IMG/VR virus record: IMGVR_UViG_3300028888_000085
Span: 34,608 to 98,607 of that record
Strand: one strand, 5' to 3'
Length of the DNA stretch: 64,000 nt
From: a virus
Lineage: Duplodnaviria; Caudoviricetes
Part shown: one piece after another, positions 48,609-57,441 of the stretch
Position numbering within the stretch: the stretch's first letter is position 1
Layout of the letters: each line of letters begins with the position of its first letter
Program-made: the position numbers and the translations under genes
Notes under the pieces: generated by a model
Told to the model about the DNA's origin: nothing
The model's input: only the letters and a program-made list of their open reading frames with translations
Databases searched by the model: none

Positions 48609-48829
48609 GTATTACACTCATAACAAATGTCATACCTCTGAGACAGTCGGTACGGGCAAGAGTATTACACCCGTTACAAATGTCATACCTCTGAGACCAC
48701 GTATCCGTTGAGTCAGACGGTTTCGTCGTATTACACTCATAACAAATGTCATACCTCTGAGACTAATCAGTGCCATATCACCACCTCACCTGGGTATAAC
48801 ACTCGTAACAAATGCCACGCCTATGAGAC
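48609..48829 (-). CRISPR. Array D: 4 repeats; spacers 17, 30, 30 nt
   Basis: Repeats at 48609, 48662, 48728, 48794; transcribed consensus GTCTCAGAGGTATGACATTTGTTATGAGTGTAATAC. Confidence 0.93.
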
Positions 48830-48890
48830 GAATGCATGTAGCATAACAACCTCCAATACATAAGAGCCGTCACTATTGACGACAAGAGAA

Positions 48891-48931
48891 ACCTTAACAC
48901 AGAACCTCACTGCATAAATTTACAGCACCAT
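48891..48931 (-). promoter_or_regulatory. Phage promoter motif for array D-scaffold-iscB
   Basis: ATGGTGCTGT-N22-TGTTAAGGT. Confidence 0.6.
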
Positions 48932-48973
48932 GATATCCAAATGTTACGTCACAAACACTTATATGGAGACGAC

Positions 48974-49819
48974 ATGAAAGAAAACGAAACCAGAACAGTG
49001 CTTTCACCTGTCATTAAATGGAGCGGAAGCAAACGACATATCGCAAAGGATATTATTGAGTATTTTCCAAAAACCGTAAACACGTACTATGAACCATTCA
49101 TCGGCGGCGGTTCGGTGCTTGGACGAATGCTTTACATACAAGACACTGTAGCACAGAGATACGTCGCAGGTGATACGTGCAGCCATCTTATCTGTCTTTG
49201 GAACATGGTACAGCACAAACCATGCGAACTCATACAGCATTACACACAAGAATGGGAGCGTCTGCAAACGTGTGGTCAGACCGTTTATTATGAAGTTCGG
49301 CAACGCTTCAACAATACCCATTTACCAGAAGACTTGTTGTTTTTGTCAAGAACATGTATGAACGGACTGATAAGATTCAATGAAAAGGGAGAGTTCAACA
49401 GCTCGTTTCATATCGGAAGACCTGGCATCCACCCAGACAAACTTTCACAGATAGTCGGCACATGGTCTTCGGCAGTTCAAGACGTATCATTCGTATGTGC
49501 AGACTATGAAGAGACAACAAAAGATGCAACAGGTGAAGACATTGTGTACCTAGACCCGCCGTACATGGGAACAAAGGGAATGTATGCAGGAAAATTCGAC
49601 CACGGTAGGTTCTTTTCTTATCTCGAAAAGCTAAACCATCGTGGTGTGCACTGGGTATTGTCATACGACGGGAAACGCGGCGAACGTGACATGACAGCAG
49701 ATGTACCAAAGCACCTGTATAAGAGGCATCTGTATTTGGAATCTGGCGGTTCGTCATTCAGTCGGATTAAGGAACAAGGTATCGTACCGGTGAAAGAATC
49801 TCTGTTCCTTAACTACTGA
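48974..49819 (+). CDS. Dam-like D12-class adenine methyltransferase
   Basis: IKWSGSK, YYEPFIGGGSV, YLDPPY. Confidence 0.9.
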   Translation: MKENETRTVLSPVIKWSGSKRHIAKDIIEYFPKTVNTYYEPFIGGGSVLGRMLYIQDTVAQRYVAGDTCSHLICLWNMVQHKPCELIQHYTQEWERLQTCGQTVYYEVRQRFNNTHLPEDLLFLSRTCMNGLIRFNEKGEFNSSFHIGRPGIHPDKLSQIVGTWSSAVQDVSFVCADYEETTKDATGEDIVYLDPPYMGTKGMYAGKFDHGRFFSYLEKLNHRGVHWVLSYDGKRGERDMTADVPKHLYKRHLYLESGGSSFSRIKEQGIVPVKESLFLNY

Positions 49820-49839
49820 TGCGGTTGGTGGTTGACTTT

Positions 49840-50679
49840 TCAAACTCTAACCAGATACTCGGTTTTGAAGCCATTATCCTTGTTCACACGATTGGTACGA
49901 TTAGCAACTTCTTTCGTAAAGATGACCTCAGAATCCTTTGGCACAGTACGCTCACTCACATACACATCAAATAGTTGTGACTTCGCCCACTTCCAAAACA
50001 TTTCATGGTCAAATCCTGAGTTTTGGTACTGTGTGCATCGTGTTTCATTATATGGAATGTCACAGTACACGACATCACCGTCACGATGTGAATACCGTTC
50101 ATAGGACAGATAGGATAGTGAAAGAGCGTCAGGGCTTTCAGGTAGCCGTAAACTTTCGAGACGTTGCATACGTTCCAAACGCTCAAGACGTGTAACAGAT
50201 GCCACATTCTTATGTGTTCTCCACCAATCGTATCTTTCTTTGATTGATAATAACTCAGGTAATTGTGTGTTATCGAAAGTCTGACATTCGTCAGTAATTA
50301 CACCGTCAACTATCCATGTTTCGATGGAATGTTTTACAGCCTCTACATTTTTACCGTAGATGTAATCCAAACCATTGTTCCCGAAACTCCAAACGTATCT
50401 TGTAGCCCAATCCTGTGATTTAAAGTCGTCACGTGATACCCACTTGTAGGACACAGGATTCCTACCACACAAGCATTGAGCATACAAATACAGAGGTTCC
50501 GGGTTTATGTCGTTAATCAGGAAGGATTCCCATTTGTTTTGGAATTTACGTATTGCACAGTCAGTAACAGCACAACCTCCAGCGAACAAATCAACCAGTC
50601 GCTTTCCTGGCGGCAGTGCATCGCATATCTGTTTTGCATAAATACTTTTCGACCCCTTGTATGGAATACCAAACGACAT
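49840..50679 (-). CDS. D12-class adenine methyltransferase-like protein
   Basis: PYKGSK, DLFAGG, YCDIPY. Confidence 0.8.
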   Translation of the reverse strand: MSFGIPYKGSKSIYAKQICDALPPGKRLVDLFAGGCAVTDCAIRKFQNKWESFLINDINPEPLYLYAQCLCGRNPVSYKWVSRDDFKSQDWATRYVWSFGNNGLDYIYGKNVEAVKHSIETWIVDGVITDECQTFDNTQLPELLSIKERYDWWRTHKNVASVTRLERLERMQRLESLRLPESPDALSLSYLSYERYSHRDGDVVYCDIPYNETRCTQYQNSGFDHEMFWKWAKSQLFDVYVSERTVPKDSEVIFTKEVANRTNRVNKDNGFKTEYLVRV

Positions 50680-50681
50680 AC

Positions 50682-51104
50682 TTACCTCTTATCACGAATA
50701 CCGACTACACGGTATAAGGTATCCGTCGGACATGAATCAATCTTTCTCAGTTTGAATAAAGATTTCCAGAAAGCCTGTGCAGTCTTGTTTCCACGCACTA
50801 TATGAAGAGTTTCAATCTCTCCGCCTTCTTCTATAAATTGCATCACAGCTTTTCTTGCAAAACCTTTACGTCTGTGTTCCGGCATCACATAGATGCCGTT
50901 GACATACTTGTCGATGACCATAAGAAATCCAACAGGCTTGCCATCACACATGATAAGTCTGTACCCGTTAGAGTCCACAGACCATTTACGCAGGTCAGGA
51001 AAGCAGAGGCGGTCAACGGTTTCTCTGAACGCAAGGTACATCTCTTGTTCCAGATTGTCGTCAAAAATGCTTTTTAGCAGTTCAAAGTGTTGTTCTGGAA
51101 TCAT
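50682..51104 (-). CDS. GNAT acetyltransferase
   Basis: IYVMPEHRRKGFA...NKTAQAFW. Confidence 0.75.
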   Translation of the reverse strand: MIPEQHFELLKSIFDDNLEQEMYLAFRETVDRLCFPDLRKWSVDSNGYRLIMCDGKPVGFLMVIDKYVNGIYVMPEHRRKGFARKAVMQFIEEGGEIETLHIVRGNKTAQAFWKSLFKLRKIDSCPTDTLYRVVGIRDKR

Positions 51105-51421
51105 ACGAAAACATCTTCCTCATAATAGGACCATCCTGTCCATCCCATCGTCGAAGGCGTGAATGAGTTTGACAGTTCTTCAGATGACATAAGAATTGGT
51201 ATTCCTTGTTCCGTATGCCTGAACACCCTTAACTGTACTGTCAGCTCCTGTCCACGGAACGTCTCGTCAGAAAGGGCGTTTAGGTAGGTTTTCTTTAAGG
51301 TGTTGACCACGGTTCTTACCTCTACTTCTGTTTCAAACGTGAGCCTTCCAGTCTCATACACGAAACCATCCTCATACGCCACGGTTTGGACTAACTCGTA
51401 ACCTTTACTTTTATCAGACAT
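51101..51421 (-). CDS. Hypothetical protein
   Basis: Tightly packed operon ORF. Confidence 0.6.
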   Translation of the reverse strand: MSDKSKGYELVQTVAYEDGFVYETGRLTFETEVEVRTVVNTLKKTYLNALSDETFRGQELTVQLRVFRHTEQGIPILMSSEELSNSFTPSTMGWTGWSYYEEDVFV

Positions 51422-51424
51422 ATT

Positions 51425-52096
51425 CTACTCCAATTCGACGGCATTGATAAGCAGCTCAGAAATTGAGGCTCCGATGTCAGACACTTCATCACGTCGAAGC
51501 TCTGCATCCTCAATGGATGTAAACACTTCGTAAATCACTTTGTTTGTGAAATGGTCTTTGTACATCAGACGGTAAAGCACCGAGTGCGGATAATCCGAAA
51601 CGAACAGAGGCGTTGGGGAATCGTGACGTTCTGCCAAATAAAACGAATCGACATGAAGCGTCATTTCGATATCTTTACGGTCAGGAAAAGTGAAGCTATC
51701 TTCAATGGAAACTTTTGTAGGGTGAACACCTTCAATATTCAAACGATATTTCAGTTTGTCAGATGGATAATACTTGCACAAGAACCCTTTTGTTTTTACC
51801 TGTATGCATAAACTAGGTTTGCATACCCCTTTGTATGCCAAATCGACCCAAGACTGTAATGTTTCTGCAACCTCGTTAGTAACCGTGGAACGAACAATTA
51901 TTTCGTTGTCAGTGTTTCCTCTTATCCGAACTTGGTCGATACCACAAAACGAATTACAGGTCTTGGTATTCAGATGTGCATAGGCACATCGGAACTTCAC
52001 ACCAAGTGTCTTGTCTGTACCTGGAATGCTGTCAATGACAACCTCAGTAAAATCATCTTCAGCTGTACACGAAAACTCTCTTCCGCAACCACTCAT
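51425..52096 (-). CDS. Hypothetical protein, weakly tail-tube-like
   Basis: LQSWVDL...IEGVHPTKV...IEMTLHVD; SD GGAGG. Confidence 0.55.
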   Translation of the reverse strand: MSGCGREFSCTAEDDFTEVVIDSIPGTDKTLGVKFRCAYAHLNTKTCNSFCGIDQVRIRGNTDNEIIVRSTVTNEVAETLQSWVDLAYKGVCKPSLCIQVKTKGFLCKYYPSDKLKYRLNIEGVHPTKVSIEDSFTFPDRKDIEMTLHVDSFYLAERHDSPTPLFVSDYPHSVLYRLMYKDHFTNKVIYEVFTSIEDAELRRDEVSDIGASISELLINAVELE

Positions 52097-52176
52097 TACA
52101 ACCCTCCATCAAACATCTCCAAAGAGATGCGTAAAATAATAGGAACAGAAACAGGAGCATCCACACGTGGGGGAAA

Positions 52177-52422
52177 CTAAATTTCCTTAAAAAGGTAAAA
52201 TGCTTCCAGTATATGTTCCTTCCATTCTCCCTTAATGCAAATCAGCATCCCCTTTTTCATATCTCGCATCACCAATTCGGCTTGCTTACCGGTCGCTACA
52301 CAGTGTGTAAATTGTGTGTGTTCGCCATTAACGTTTACAAGTTCTAATTTGGCTCTTTTGTTACAATCCATTATAGGGTCATTAGCAAGTCTGCCAATCG
52401 TGATTACCATCCTGTTGTCCAT
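52177..52422 (-). CDS. Minimal SSB-like OB-fold protein
   Basis: IGRLANDP...HCVATGKQAE...KKGMLICIKG. Confidence 0.65.
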   Translation of the reverse strand: MDNRMVITIGRLANDPIMDCNKRAKLELVNVNGEHTQFTHCVATGKQAELVMRDMKKGMLICIKGEWKEHILEAFYLFKEI

Positions 52423-52431
52423 TTGAATCTC

Positions 52432-52608
52432 CTACTTGTTGGAAATGTCAAGAATGACTGTATTCCCCTTTACTTTGACATCGTCTTCGTCAAAGTCTTC
52501 AAGGTCTTTCCAGCACGACCCATAAGCGTCGCCATTCAGAAACTGAATGAGAACCTGTGAATTAAGGTCGAACTCTAATAATAGTTTAATCAATTCCTTT
52601 ACTGTCAT
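52432..52608 (-). CDS. Small hypothetical protein (MTVKELI..., 58 aa, not in the ORF track)
   Basis: SD AAGGAG; N-terminus similar to the neighbouring MKVKELI gene. Confidence 0.6.
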   Translation of the reverse strand: MTVKELIKLLLEFDLNSQVLIQFLNGDAYGSCWKDLEDFDEDDVKVKGNTVILDISNK

Positions 52609-52856
52609 TGCTCTTTCTCCTTAAACCAATGTCGGTGGTAAAAGTCTATTTTATCCTCGTCCTCATCGTCCAGATAACCTGAAATAATAATATCTCCCGT
52701 AACCTCATCTACCATATAATACTTCTCGTCAAATTCCACTAACTTTGGGTTAAAACATTGCTCATCTTGTATGTACTCTTCATGCCAAGCCTCTATAAGA
52801 ACTTCTCGGTCTGGGTCAAGTGTTTTCAGTGAATCAATCAACTCTTTCACTTTCAT
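52605..52856 (-). CDS. Small hypothetical protein (MKVKELI...)
   Basis: SD GGAG. Confidence 0.6.
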   Translation of the reverse strand: MKVKELIDSLKTLDPDREVLIEAWHEEYIQDEQCFNPKLVEFDEKYYMVDEVTGDIIISGYLDDEDEDKIDFYHRHWFKEKEQ

Positions 52857-52882
52857 TGCCCTTTCTCCCTTGTATAACGTTA

Positions 52883-53284
52883 TTAAAGAAGTTCCCATCC
52901 GCCCAAATCTTCCGGCAGATGGATTACCATGTGAGCATAAAAATCTAACGGCATACTGCTTACATTGTTTCGTGCATGTTCAACAACACTCTCACCTTCG
53001 CAAATGCAGACAAAGTCCATGCCGTCTCCGTCCAATGGTTTGTTCATGTTGACGTAACCGTAAATCCATTCTCGAAGAACGTTTGCTTCATGGGACGCAT
53101 AAGATGGAGATACGTCCCACCCTTTGAAATTACGCCATTCGAGCACATACACGTCACGTCCTTCACATACAGAATGACGTATCATGTCCGGTTCACAATG
53201 CTGCATCCTGTCCTGAACAAACATCTTGAAGTCCTGATAAGCATGTTCCTGACACATCACATAAATATCATAAAGCACTGCCAT
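52883..53284 (-). CDS. Hypothetical protein
   Basis: SD GGAGG. Confidence 0.6.
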   Translation of the reverse strand: MAVLYDIYVMCQEHAYQDFKMFVQDRMQHCEPDMIRHSVCEGRDVYVLEWRNFKGWDVSPSYASHEANVLREWIYGYVNMNKPLDGDGMDFVCICEGESVVEHARNNVSSMPLDFYAHMVIHLPEDLGGWELL

Positions 53285-53303
53285 ACGCTTCCTCCATTAA
53301 ACT

Positions 53304-53738
53304 TCACTGTCCATTAGGAACAACAACGATTTCAAAGTACCATAGATCATACTTGTCGGATGACAGGATGTGTATCCCGTCCACATCAATGCTGTCTGCC
53401 ATGCCGAACGGAACGACGTGAATTGTGTCACATCTACGAAACGCTTCTTCGATCAGTCTGCCACACGGCGTGTCCAGAATAAGTAACTCTGCCATCAGTT
53501 GATGTTTGGATTCATCTATCCACAAGTTGACTATTTTCCCTGCTACATCTGGATAATACAGCTCACATCTCTCTTTATTGAGTTTGGATTGAGGCACACA
53601 AAGCATCATCTCACGAAATTTCTCGTCTTCATTGAACTGTTTGACGATACGTTCCATAAGACGTTTCGTGTACAGATTCCCTGATGGGAGCACTGTGTCA
53701 TACCATACGCTTTCAGATACAATACGATGTTCATTCAT
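53304..53738 (-). CDS. Prohead protease (T4 gp21)-like fold, apparently non-catalytic
   Basis: GNLYTKRLM...KIVNLWID...AELLILDTPCGRLI. Confidence 0.5.
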   Translation of the reverse strand: MNEHRIVSESVWYDTVLPSGNLYTKRLMERIVKQFNEDEKFREMMLCVPQSKLNKERCELYYPDVAGKIVNLWIDESKHQLMAELLILDTPCGRLIEEAFRRCDTIHVVPFGMADSIDVDGIHILSSDKYDLWYFEIVVVPNGQ

Positions 53739-54448
53739 AACGTGATTCCTTTAGGATTTTTCTTCTTAGGGATTAAGTCATCAAAGTGGATTTCTGAATG
53801 ACGAAGTTTCGAGGCATCAGGAAAATCGAAGCAATAAGGGACGACACCTGAACCGCAAAATACCTTTATGTCTAAACAGTCTTTAAAGGGATACCACGTC
53901 AATCCGAGTAATGCCATGAAACATCCTCTGAAAAAGTATCCGTCAGAGGAAAAGTCTGTGTTGTTCATGTCGTCCGATAAATCCACAATCATGCGATAAG
54001 GCGTAATATCTCCAACATTGATACGTTCCGTAAACTCTTGAACCAGGAAGTTCATTTCACGCTCCCACTGTTCTGCACCTCCAAAGTGAAGAAGAGCAAT
54101 GTCACATGACCACGACTTCATAAAGTCTTTTGTGTCGTTGTGAAGATACCGGTCAATAAGACACTTGAAAAAACTTTTCCACACAACACGGGAAGGAATT
54201 AAGAATCGTGAGTCTCTTGAACACTGTGCATTAAATGATGCTTGTATGAAGTCTGCCCTTGTTTTGTATGATGGAGACATGTTCGGGCCGTAAATCAGAT
54301 GCGTGTCACATGCTGCCTGCATAACCTCAGACACACACCTGTCTCTAAGCTCTTTCTGTGATGGGTGAAACCATGCGAGACGTGAAATACATACACTCTC
54401 CGTGCAGAGTTTCCTAATTCTGTTGTCAATCCATTCCGATTGTTTCAT
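53735..54448 (-). CDS. Hypothetical protein
   Basis: SD GGAG; first gene after the promoter motif at 54523. Confidence 0.6.
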   Translation of the reverse strand: MKQSEWIDNRIRKLCTESVCISRLAWFHPSQKELRDRCVSEVMQAACDTHLIYGPNMSPSYKTRADFIQASFNAQCSRDSRFLIPSRVVWKSFFKCLIDRYLHNDTKDFMKSWSCDIALLHFGGAEQWEREMNFLVQEFTERINVGDITPYRMIVDLSDDMNNTDFSSDGYFFRGCFMALLGLTWYPFKDCLDIKVFCGSGVVPYCFDFPDASKLRHSEIHFDDLIPKKKNPKGITL

Positions 54449-54610
54449 AGCTGTGCTCCAGATTCATGGTTAAAATCACGACCTGTTGAGAAGTATATAA
54501 CTTCTTGGTCGGAGAAAAATCTGTAGCACCACGACAATGCGCAAGTCTTTAAAAACAAAGAGCGCACAGGTATTGTCCTGTACGCTCTTTCGAGAAATCT
54601 GACGAAAGCC

Positions 54611-55717
54611 TTAAAGTTCGGACTTCAAGACCTCCATAACCTGGCTGAGATGGTTCGACACCTCTGAATAAGTTTCGCATCGACGACTTCCTATGGGCTT
54701 TACCAACTCACATGATGCAGTCATTCCGTGGACTTTAATAGCAAGGTCAGCATCTTCATGGTCGATGTGTGCAAGAATGAGAGTCCCTCCGTCATCCAGG
54801 CGTTCACTTGAAATCGTATCAAACATGTCACCATAGCTGGCATGAAGTTCGTCTTTCAAGACATCAACCAGAGGTTTCTGGAGTTCATCGCCTTTTGACC
54901 AAACCTCTTTTTTCACCGAAGCTCTTCTTGAACGAGATTTGACATTGCAGCATTCCACTTTCTTATCCAGAATGTTCAGTGCCCAGTTGACGATTTTTGA
55001 ACACAAACTGCGCATGTCGTCTTCCCAATCACCTGTCCATGTGATGCGGAACTCGTCATCGCTGATGGGTTCGTATTCGTCATCAATAATCTCTTCGAGT
55101 TCAACATTGTAAACAGCTGTGGCACGTCCAGACAAACCAGACTCACGAACATCAAGAGAGAATACACGGTTGTTCTTTGCACCATTTTCAGTTTCAAGCG
55201 TATAAGTCCATCGAGTGAGGTCAGAATCCAACTGGTATTCTACATCGTAAGACCCGATTATCTCCTGGCATGAATCATCGATGATGTCTTCAAGCGAAAT
55301 TTCAACGGCATCGTCTTCAATAGACATCTCTTCAAATCGACGGTTCCTTGACTCGCCAATTTTTATCTGGGCATGTCCGTCTTTGAGCATCTTGTTTGTT
55401 GCATAAGCAACGAGGTCGAGTGCCTTAATAAGGGATGCTTTGCTGACTGGTTTCCCGGCTTCAACAGCTTTCTGAGCCTTGTCGTCTCTCTGTAACGCTT
55501 TGCATAAAAATTTGTAACCGGACTTGTTACCACAATAGAATCCGTAACCGTAAGCACGTGTGAAGCTGAGTCCCATGTCCTGCAGCATGGTCACTAGGTC
55601 TTGTTGGTCCCAGCCGCTTTCCGTGAGTTCGACGACCTTTCCTTTCACCTTTACGAACACACTAGCGGGTAAGTCATTATCAGCTTCTCTTTTAATGGGT
55701 TTTTGGTTTATTAACAT
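54611..55717 (-). CDS. Multi-domain protein with basic linkers (putative head-internal protein)
   Basis: SD GAGGTG; MLINQKPIKREA, GESRNRRFEE. Confidence 0.65.
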   Translation of the reverse strand: MLINQKPIKREADNDLPASVFVKVKGKVVELTESGWDQQDLVTMLQDMGLSFTRAYGYGFYCGNKSGYKFLCKALQRDDKAQKAVEAGKPVSKASLIKALDLVAYATNKMLKDGHAQIKIGESRNRRFEEMSIEDDAVEISLEDIIDDSCQEIIGSYDVEYQLDSDLTRWTYTLETENGAKNNRVFSLDVRESGLSGRATAVYNVELEEIIDDEYEPISDDEFRITWTGDWEDDMRSLCSKIVNWALNILDKKVECCNVKSRSRRASVKKEVWSKGDELQKPLVDVLKDELHASYGDMFDTISSERLDDGGTLILAHIDHEDADLAIKVHGMTASCELVKPIGSRRCETYSEVSNHLSQVMEVLKSEL

Positions 55718-55746
55718 TTCGCACCTCTCTTCTACTTGAAACAAGA

Positions 55747-56028
55747 CTATTTGTCATAGTCGTAAGCGTAACACGGGCAGAACCCAGATGGATTGATAAC
55801 TTCTGAACGTGGATTTGAAACGAAAGCTATCCGGGTGACCAACTCCATGGAAGTTCCATCATTCCGTTCCAGAGTGACAAATACTCCATTACGCTTCTTT
55901 ACTATGTACTGAACGGACAGCCCAAGTTCCTCTGTAATCTGGTCGTATGGCGTAATATTGATTATTTGACCCTCAACAAAAACCGATGTACGGTCTTCAT
56001 CTGTTTTATTCTTTCGTTTGTACGACAT
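55747..56028 (-). CDS. Hypothetical protein
   Basis: SD GGAG. Confidence 0.55.
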   Translation of the reverse strand: MSYKRKNKTDEDRTSVFVEGQIINITPYDQITEELGLSVQYIVKKRNGVFVTLERNDGTSMELVTRIAFVSNPRSEVINPSGFCPCYAYDYDK

Positions 56029-56108
56029 CGGAACTCCAAAAAGAAAGAGAGGAATCGCTGTTGCTGTTCCTCTCTTAGATAGAACTCAGAGTCCTTAAAG
56101 CAAACCGT

Positions 56109-56480
56109 TTAGAGTATGTGAAGTTGACGCAAGATGCGTTTCGCTTCAGTAACGTCGAAGTCGCTGGAATACTCGCCAGTTTCATTATCTATGGCGCACA
56201 TGAGAATGTTGCCGAACAAAGGCTGCTGAAAGATACGCATACGATAAGGAAGAATCGAAAATGCGTTGATGTTTCCGTCTTCCATATTCTCGCCGACAAT
56301 CATACCCTCATCATCACAGATGAAATCATAGCTGATGTTTGGATTCTTTTTGGACTCGCCGACAGAGAACATCGTAATCAGGCGACAGCCGATTTTGTTA
56401 TAAATGCTCTCCAACGAGTCATCAATCGTGATTGTTTCAATCTTGCCGGTTTTCGGAATAAAAATCATCTTGCGTCTCAT
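56109..56480 (-). CDS. DUF3846-like protein
   Basis: LESIYNKIGC...ICDDEG...LFGNIL. Confidence 0.5.
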   Translation of the reverse strand: MRRKMIFIPKTGKIETITIDDSLESIYNKIGCRLITMFSVGESKKNPNISYDFICDDEGMIVGENMEDGNINAFSILPYRMRIFQQPLFGNILMCAIDNETGEYSSDFDVTEAKRILRQLHIL

Positions 56481-56682
56481 GCGTTTCTCCTGTGAACTGC
56501 TCTTTTAAGAACTTTCTGAACATGTCCAGAGTACGAGACCCATTTACTCCGTACTCGGGACATCATTCATACTAGCACTAAAAAGAAAACTTGCTTTTAC
56601 AGCACCACGAAAGCAACGAAACCTTATTAACTTGCACGGCGGAGTGTCGCTATTCAGAAAAGCCGTATAAAATCTATGGATG

Positions 56683-57336
56683 CTAACTTGCGAACACACG
56701 CAAAATTCCTTGTGCTATACCACGTGCAAGGGCTTTCTTGTACTCATCTGTCGAAAGCAATTCGACTTCATTAGCATGAGACATAAAGCCGCATTCAACC
56801 ACCAAAGACGGCATAGTCGTATGCTTGAGTGTGTAGTATGTGCTGTTTGCTTTCGCACCACGGTTCTTTATTGGATGCTTCGTACCGTCTTTGTCTGTTA
56901 CAGTAAAATTCTTTACCTGTTCCATGATACTGCTATGTACAACAGAAGCGAATGTCTTTGATTTCGAGCTCGTGGAAAAATACCAGGTTTCAATTCCGTT
57001 AGCAGTTTCACCTTTATACGAGTTGCAATGAATGGAAACGAAGCATGAAGCCTTGTTCAGATTGGCAATGTTACAGCGTGACTGCAAGGTAACCGTATCA
57101 TCTGAAGCTCTTGTCATAATGACGGAAACAGGCGGTTTGGGGTCTTCAGGACAAAAGTCGTTCATCACGAAATCGCCGCTTAAAGAATCTCGTGTCGCAT
57201 AAAGCAGATAAGAAGCGACATAGAGTGATATGTCCAGCACGATGTCTTTTTCTTTATGCTTTTGATCATGCGACACCGCACCAGGCTGTTGTCCCCCATG
57301 TCCAGGGTCTATGCAAACATTTGGTAATTTAGCCAT
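56683..57336 (-). CDS. N-acetylmuramoyl-L-alanine amidase (Amidase_3; endolysin candidate)
   Basis: IDPGHGG, KEK, FVSIHCN, LVVECGFM. Confidence 0.9.
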   Translation of the reverse strand: MAKLPNVCIDPGHGGQQPGAVSHDQKHKEKDIVLDISLYVASYLLYATRDSLSGDFVMNDFCPEDPKPPVSVIMTRASDDTVTLQSRCNIANLNKASCFVSIHCNSYKGETANGIETWYFSTSSKSKTFASVVHSSIMEQVKNFTVTDKDGTKHPIKNRGAKANSTYYTLKHTTMPSLVVECGFMSHANEVELLSTDEYKKALARGIAQGILRVFAS

Positions 57337-57441
57337 TATCTGTTGCCCTTCCTTGCCCCAAAGGTTCTGTTTTTTTTGATACACAGCGGTCACAAATCCA
57401 TCCGCTTTATCGTGTGGCTTGTGACTGATACTGCCAATCTC

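Noticed and set aside
48609-48644. Type II-C-style promoter inside each repeat
   Set aside because: The repeat end GTGTAATAC is a poor -10 match, and dedicated upstream promoter motifs exist.
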